A DNA stretch of 55,500 nucleotides, taken from positions 1 to 55,500 of the forward strand of contig NZ_CAMJRK010000001.1 in the NCBI RefSeq assembly GCF_946222815.1, read 5' to 3'. Positions 50,261 through 55,500 of the stretch are shown in pieces. The translations under genes were made by a program, and so were the position numbers. This stretch comes from an uncultured Leuconostoc sp. Its GTDB lineage: Bacteria; Bacillota; Bacilli; Lactobacillales; Lactobacillaceae. The notes under the pieces are model-generated. The model was not told where the DNA came from. It worked only from the letters and a program-made list of their open reading frames with translations, and searched no databases. Position 1 is the stretch's first letter; every line of letters begins with the position of its first letter.

Positions 50261-50919
50261 ACCCATTGATAAAATTTGCAACCGTTATGGTTATTGCTTT
50301 GGAACTTACTTTTATAAAAAGCGTGACACTCAATATTATTATCATTGGCGTTAGTGCCTTTTTATATTTATTTCTTAAACTTAATTGGCGGCAATGGTTA
50401 TGGTTATTTATATTGCCGTTATTACCTGGACTAGGCTCTTGGTTTTCATTGATGTACTTTGGTACTGGGGATCACGAGCATATGGCTTGGGTCATGTTAT
50501 CTCGTGTCTTCGCCTATCTATGGTTAGGTAGTCTATTCACATTAAAGCTCAACGATGAACGTGACATTTTCTTAGCCACTTTGGAGCAAAAAGCTAAACT
50601 CAGCGCAACATTTGTTTACGCATTAGTTGGCGTTTTGAACTTTATGCCCGCAGTTAGCCAAGAAATGAAAACCATTCGCGTTGCGTCACAAATGCGCGGT
50701 CAAACACTGCACATTTGGCAACCGCAGCTTTATTTTAAAGCCATTTTAGCGGCCATTCGTTGGTCACAAAATCTGGCTGAAGGTATGGTTAGCCATGGCT
50801 TTACTGAGGGTGCAACCCGAACACACTTACAAGTCGTTACCATTAAACGACGCGAGTGGTTCTTATTGGTCATTATTTTAATTGCTTTTCAACTATTATT
50901 ACTACCTAACTGGTACTGA
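50257..50919 (+). CDS. ykoC: ECF transporter T component
   Basis: CbiQ-like ASQMRG and LAEGMVSHGF motifs. Confidence 0.85.
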   Translation: MNPLIKFATVMVIALELTFIKSVTLNIIIIGVSAFLYLFLKLNWRQWLWLFILPLLPGLGSWFSLMYFGTGDHEHMAWVMLSRVFAYLWLGSLFTLKLNDERDIFLATLEQKAKLSATFVYALVGVLNFMPAVSQEMKTIRVASQMRGQTLHIWQPQLYFKAILAAIRWSQNLAEGMVSHGFTEGATRTHLQVVTIKRREWFLLVIILIAFQLLLLPNWY

Positions 50920-50931
50920 GAGGATAACTTT

Positions 50932-51600
50932 ATGACTTTTTCAGAAGATGTATTAAAACGTGCACAGCCAATGATGGCCGCCATTATGGTGCATCCGTTT
51001 GTTCAAGGTATTGCAGGTGGGACTGTCCCCGATGCCGTTTTAAATTATTACGTGGAACAAGACGAACATTATTTAAAAGACTATTTGCAAGTTACTGCAC
51101 TGACAGTAACAAAAACAACTGATGCAGACGATATTGCGCGCCTCTTAGAAACAGCACAATTCGTCAGTAACGAATCCAAAGCCCATGAAGTGATGTTAGC
51201 TATTACTGGTCATCAGGTTGAAGATTGGCGCCGTAGTCCTGATACACAGCTGTATACGGACCACATGTACACTTCCGCCTACCATGGTACTTATGCTGAT
51301 GCAATCGCTGTTTTGTTACCATGTGCTTGGAGTTATGGTGTTATTGGCAGTAAACTTGTGTCGCAAGGTGCCAATAACGAGGCCAATCCATTGAAAGAAT
51401 GGATCGAACTCTATGCACCACAAGAAGATGATACCATCGATTACAATGCTTGGCGTTTTGACGCCTTAGATCGTGCTGTTGCTAATCTTAATGATAGCCA
51501 AAAAGAACATGTTGCTCAAACTTTTTTGAAAAGTTTAGAAATGGAGTGGCGTTTCTGGGAAGCTGCTTGGAAACAGACACAATGGCAGTTTGAATTTTAA
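50932..51600 (+). CDS. tenA: Thiaminase II / aminopyrimidine aminohydrolase
   Basis: HPFVQGIA, YVEQDEHYL, LPCAWSY, EWRFWE. Confidence 0.93.
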   Translation: MTFSEDVLKRAQPMMAAIMVHPFVQGIAGGTVPDAVLNYYVEQDEHYLKDYLQVTALTVTKTTDADDIARLLETAQFVSNESKAHEVMLAITGHQVEDWRRSPDTQLYTDHMYTSAYHGTYADAIAVLLPCAWSYGVIGSKLVSQGANNEANPLKEWIELYAPQEDDTIDYNAWRFDALDRAVANLNDSQKEHVAQTFLKSLEMEWRFWEAAWKQTQWQFEF

Positions 51601-51692
51601 ATGAATCAGAAAAAATGATTAACAGTCTTAGAGAGTAACTATCTCAAAAGTGTATTAATCATTTTTTGTTTGTCACATGATAAACTCACTAT

Positions 51693-52394
51693 TTACCTCT
51701 CAGCTTGTTCAATAGCTGCCCGAATATCACTAATATCTGGTTGATGATTTAAAAATTCTTCATTATTGATAGGCAATACAATATTAAGTTGATTAAAAAT
51801 ATCTATTACACCATCCATATCGCTCGCTTCAAAATCCAGCACATGACCGCCAATATTAAAATCATCACTCACAAAATGTAAATGCCAACCGTTAGCCATA
51901 ATACCTGTGTACAAATCGGGTCCGTAATCACCGACTAACGTTCCTGTAATATTTTTATAGTCGTAAATTGGTTGCGTTTCACTAACGGTCACAAAATCTG
52001 GATACGGCTTACTTTGCTTTGGAGCTACTCGAACTTTCAATGTTTGAAATGTACCATGTATTTTAATACTAGCGGGGACATTTTTGATTGCGCTTAACGA
52101 TGCACTCATTTTTTTTAAAGTCCAGTCAGTTTGTTCAATCTGAACTTGATTCTCTGAGTCAAAATGAACTGATATAAACGGTGTTTCTAAACTCAAATCA
52201 ACAATCTTTTTCGTTTGTCCATCAGAGGTAGTTTGGTAAACATTCCCGTCTAGTACTGTCACTTCACCATCTAATTTATCCATGGTTCCAACACCAGTAT
52301 GTCCATGTTCTAAGACATCTTTTATCGTGGTTGTACCATCATATAAACCTGCCATAATCAATTCTAGTGTGCCATGTTGATATAATTTACTCAT
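51693..52394 (-). CDS. alsD: Alpha-acetolactate decarboxylase
   Basis: LYQHGTL, GTMDKLDGE, GWHLHF, GGHVLDF. Confidence 0.93.
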   Translation of the reverse strand: MSKLYQHGTLELIMAGLYDGTTTIKDVLEHGHTGVGTMDKLDGEVTVLDGNVYQTTSDGQTKKIVDLSLETPFISVHFDSENQVQIEQTDWTLKKMSASLSAIKNVPASIKIHGTFQTLKVRVAPKQSKPYPDFVTVSETQPIYDYKNITGTLVGDYGPDLYTGIMANGWHLHFVSDDFNIGGHVLDFEASDMDGVIDIFNQLNIVLPINNEEFLNHQPDISDIRAAIEQAER

Positions 52395-52615
52395 ATATAA
52401 CTGCTCCTTACGTGATCAACTTTATATCATATTATTGCTTACTTAAAGTAAACAACATTTAAATTAAATACACATTAACCACTAGTCAGTACCTCTAATT
52501 TGACTGAATAACAGCTATTCATATTATCGCTAAAAAATCATTTCTCGCGCGCACAAGAATTGCGTACTACATAGATAGTAGGATTATTAATTTTAAAGAA
52601 CGCTTGATCATATGG

Positions 52616-54697
52616 TCAAGCGTTTTCTGGCTTAGGATTCAACTTAAACCCATAAAACACACTGCCTTTAAATGTTTGCTTTGACATTTTACCACTCGCA
52701 GTATAGGTCTTACCGCGTTTTGATTTTGCATCAAAACTGATATCATCCCCATTTAATAGCTTGACCAGTTCATCAGCTGTAAAAGTATGCCCGCTCCATG
52801 ATTTGGCAAAGGTAATTTCTTCACCTTTAAATATACCAGTCGTTTTTTCGGTAACTTGTCTTTTTGGCGCAGGTTTTGGCTTGCCTAATAAGGATTCGAG
52901 GTCATCAGCATTCGACAGCATAATCGGCATGTCATGTTCAACGACTTGTGTAATCGAATCAAGTAATTTAGGCATCGTGATTTCAAATTGACCGACCTGG
53001 TCCATCATTTCAAATAAGCGCTTGGTAATTTTAGGCGACGCAATCCATGTATCTTTCACCATTACTGCCGACACATTCCCTGTTTCAGTTAACGTTAACT
53101 TGCCACGTGTTTCTTTGATCATCGATTTTGTGCCGCGACTCATGTCAGATAACGTTGATACTCGTGTGGCACCAGTCCCGACATGGTGCTTTTCTAGGAA
53201 TGCCATAATCCATTTAGTAGTCGGTGTTTGTGGCTTTTTGTTCGCCCCTTCATACAAATAAGGTTGCGCAATTGGTCCTAACTGCCCAGTATTATCATCT
53301 TCGCTGTCTTCTTCAACCTTAATCGCCCGCTGAGAATCGTAAACCGCTTTGAAGTTCATTTCAATTGGTATATTAAAAGCTGTTTTGAATAGTGGATAAT
53401 CTTCCAAATCGGCTGTCACATGATCATAAACATAGTCTTCAGCGAGCATGGCTAGATAGTTTTTAGCTAAAATATCATAAATTGCTTGTGCACTTGGTCC
53501 AAATTTGGTTAAACTTGCTAAGCTTGTTGGTAGGTTTTCGCCAGGTCGGTTGGCACCGTGAGCACCTTCCTTTTTGACATGTGTTGGACGCGGTTGGCGG
53601 TGCGTTAACAAGCTTGTATCAACATGAACGAGCTGTGCAATCTGGTCAATTTTAGGTAGTAAGTCATTAAATTGTTCCGGCGTCACAGTTTTATCTTCTG
53701 TACGTGGATAAGACACCACTTGTGCTTCGTACATTTTTTGATAAGTGCTCAAAACTTCCTTTGATGAAAAACCACGTGGCGCTAGAATAGAAGCTAAGCC
53801 TGCTAAATCAAGCAATTTTCCAGGCGCCTGCGTACGTGTTTGGTGTTTTTCATTAGCAACTGCACTCTCATGATATTGCGCCATATCCTTTTGCGCATCA
53901 GCTTTTGTTGAAAAACGCCAAGGTATAACATCACCATCTGGTGTCACGCGACCAAAAATATGACCAGCTGGGTCCTTAAATTTGACTTCAAAGTAAGGTT
54001 TCTTTACATAATTTTTAATAGCTAGTAGTTGGGCATATATTTGCCAAACAATGACCGATTTCAAACGACCTTCACGCGCAACCACTTTAAACCCCTGCTT
54101 TTTGGCAGCAGTCGTCGCAATTCGTGTGAGTTGCATTGACGCAAAATCCCAACGGTTACGACTCTCGCCTTTAATATACTCTCCGTCTTGCTGCTTGTCT
54201 GAGACGTCACGCAAATTCATCATGGCTGTTTTAATGCCTGTTGCGGACTCATCCATAAAATTGACTCGTAGCACTTGACCACGCCATTTAATCGCGTCTA
54301 ATGCCTCCCATGCCAATAATTCGCCTTCACCTGATGGATCCGTGTCAGTCGCAATCACAATGGCATCATAACCTGTCTTGGCTTCTTTTTTAAGCTCATC
54401 AATTAATTTTTTAGTCGATTCAACCCTACCAGTACGCATGTTACGCTGACGAATATACGTGCGTTCCCAAGAAAAATCATTTAAATCCCATGGTAAATGC
54501 TTGACTAACCAAGATTTATATTGTTTTTTCAAATCTTCTGCAACCATTTCTTCGGGGTCTTTGAGTGTCATAACGTGTCCGCGAAGATTGGCAATTTTGT
54601 AGGTGAAATTGTTAAATGTCCCTGTTTTTCCGCCCAATGCTTTGCCAAAATTGGCCGCTGCTGAGGGCTTTTCAGTTAAAATAAGGTAGTTAGGCAT
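52616..54697 (-). CDS. Type IA DNA topoisomerase (TopB-like, conjugative-element type)
   Basis: TEKPS, ATDTDPSGEGE, active-site SYPRTED, AHGANRP, VGTGATR; C-terminal WSGHTF repeat. Confidence 0.88.
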   Translation of the reverse strand: MPNYLILTEKPSAAANFGKALGGKTGTFNNFTYKIANLRGHVMTLKDPEEMVAEDLKKQYKSWLVKHLPWDLNDFSWERTYIRQRNMRTGRVESTKKLIDELKKEAKTGYDAIVIATDTDPSGEGELLAWEALDAIKWRGQVLRVNFMDESATGIKTAMMNLRDVSDKQQDGEYIKGESRNRWDFASMQLTRIATTAAKKQGFKVVAREGRLKSVIVWQIYAQLLAIKNYVKKPYFEVKFKDPAGHIFGRVTPDGDVIPWRFSTKADAQKDMAQYHESAVANEKHQTRTQAPGKLLDLAGLASILAPRGFSSKEVLSTYQKMYEAQVVSYPRTEDKTVTPEQFNDLLPKIDQIAQLVHVDTSLLTHRQPRPTHVKKEGAHGANRPGENLPTSLASLTKFGPSAQAIYDILAKNYLAMLAEDYVYDHVTADLEDYPLFKTAFNIPIEMNFKAVYDSQRAIKVEEDSEDDNTGQLGPIAQPYLYEGANKKPQTPTTKWIMAFLEKHHVGTGATRVSTLSDMSRGTKSMIKETRGKLTLTETGNVSAVMVKDTWIASPKITKRLFEMMDQVGQFEITMPKLLDSITQVVEHDMPIMLSNADDLESLLGKPKPAPKRQVTEKTTGIFKGEEITFAKSWSGHTFTADELVKLLNGDDISFDAKSKRGKTYTASGKMSKQTFKGSVFYGFKLNPKPENA

Positions 54698-54829
54698 AAG
54701 TTATGTTGTCATATCTTTCTTGAATTATCTCTCTTAATTTTAACAGATTACGGGCATGTTCGGGTAAGTTGTACGTTGTTGATTTGTCATGTATACTTGT
54801 TAATATAACTATTAATAAAAGGATATCTC

Positions 54830-55072
54830 ATGCCAACAACACTCATCATTGTACTAATTTTTATCGCACTTTGTTCAACATCCGTTTACCGCAACTCAAA
54901 ATTTGCGCTTGCAATTAAACCCTATCGTGGCTATGTTGTCACATTAGTAGGCATCGGTTTATTGCTATATGGGGTTTTAAATTCAGCGATTCCTAACTTT
55001 TTTATGTTTCCGGTTGCGTTTATTATGATTGGTCTATTTTACATGGTTAAAGATCATAAAAGGACCAATTAG
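54830..55072 (+). CDS. Small membrane protein (80 aa)
   Basis: Three hydrophobic segments; SD AAAGGA; TATAAC upstream. Confidence 0.7.
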   Translation: MPTTLIIVLIFIALCSTSVYRNSKFALAIKPYRGYVVTLVGIGLLLYGVLNSAIPNFFMFPVAFIMIGLFYMVKDHKRTN

Positions 55073-55117
55073 GCATTTTAACGCGATAATTCGAACCACA
55101 TAAAAGTGATATGATTT

Positions 55118-55500
55118 TCAAATATAGGCATTATTGTCGCTTGTCGTGGCTAAGTTTATGGGAGAAAGCGTTCTGGTTTTATAAAAAATATTTGTTATCT
55201 CCTCAACACTTCTTGGTTCTGTTTCAAAAACCCATATTTTTATAATAGCAACCGTCGAGTTCAATAGTAATGTTTGACTATATTCATTGGGTATTGATGG
55301 ATTAAAGCAATTATATTTTTTAATAAATACTGTCATTGCCCCTTCAAATTGCTTCAAAAATAAGTCATCTAGCAGGACTATTTTAAAAGTCAACATATTA
55401 TCATCAATATATTTGAATATATTTGCTATGCCTTCACCCAATCCACAGGCTACAAAATCATAAATAAGTTTCTTTTTAAAGCCATCTAACAGTTCTTGCT
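55118..55500 (-). CDS. TetR/AcrR-like regulator, C-terminal part (start outside window)
   Basis: Frame is open to the window end (QELLDGFKKK..); IIKIW..PRSVEEI..SPINL resembles TetR_C_8 domains. Confidence 0.6.
   Translation of the reverse strand, partial: QELLDGFKKKLIYDFVACGLGEGIANIFKYIDDNMLTFKIVLLDDLFLKQFEGAMTVFIKKYNCFNPSIPNEYSQTLLLNSTVAIIKIWVFETEPRSVEEITNIFYKTRTLSPINLATTSDNNAYI

Noticed and set aside
189..54278. Many 60-166 aa ORFs antisense to or overlapping housekeeping genes (e.g. 19377-19826, 33684-34184, 21906-22250)
   Set aside because: Shadow frames of conserved genes, with no RBS or motifs
1..55500. CRISPR array, prophage, toxin-antitoxin or defence system
   Set aside because: No spaced direct repeats or recognisable cas, phage or defence genes; the palindromes found are terminators or operator sites

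Overview
Chromosomal, mostly housekeeping window from a low-GC lactic acid bacterium. Gene content (archaeal-type PEP carboxylase, TM-anchored MetQ, alsD) points to Leuconostoc or a close relative; this is inference. Gene order: rlmD(partial)-dgkB-gatBAC, rpsO-rpsT, holA-comEC-comEA, a ~240-nt 6S-like ncRNA, glmU-purR, a metal ABC transporter, veg-rsmA-rnmV-tatD, nusB-asp23-efp, rpoY-rnjA, ppcA, metK, a VIT1 pair with perR, a P-type ATPase, a Met uptake operon, nagRA, tRNA-Gln(CUG), a thiamine ECF operon with tenA, alsD and a plasmid-like topoisomerase. Cis-regulatory RNAs include SAM-I, yybP-ykoY, T-box(Met) and TPP riboswitches. There is no CRISPR array, prophage or intact IS. The most striking signal is at the translation-initiation level. 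At least 8 unrelated genes (rlmD, dgkB, gatB, purR, tatD, VIT2, yoaK, nagA) have no Shine-Dalgarno at canonical spacing. Instead, a strong SD sits 37-97 nt upstream, separated from the probable AUG by an RNA stem-loop or multi-hairpin insert plus a 5-13 nt AU-rich linker ('split' RBS). Several other genes look leaderless. Other points of note: a P4-less SAM-I riboswitch on metK, a perfect PurBox before ppcA, a Cys-free PerR with Per boxes, and two apparent pseudo-enzyme/pseudo-binding proteins. All calls were made by eye; no searches or folding programs were run.
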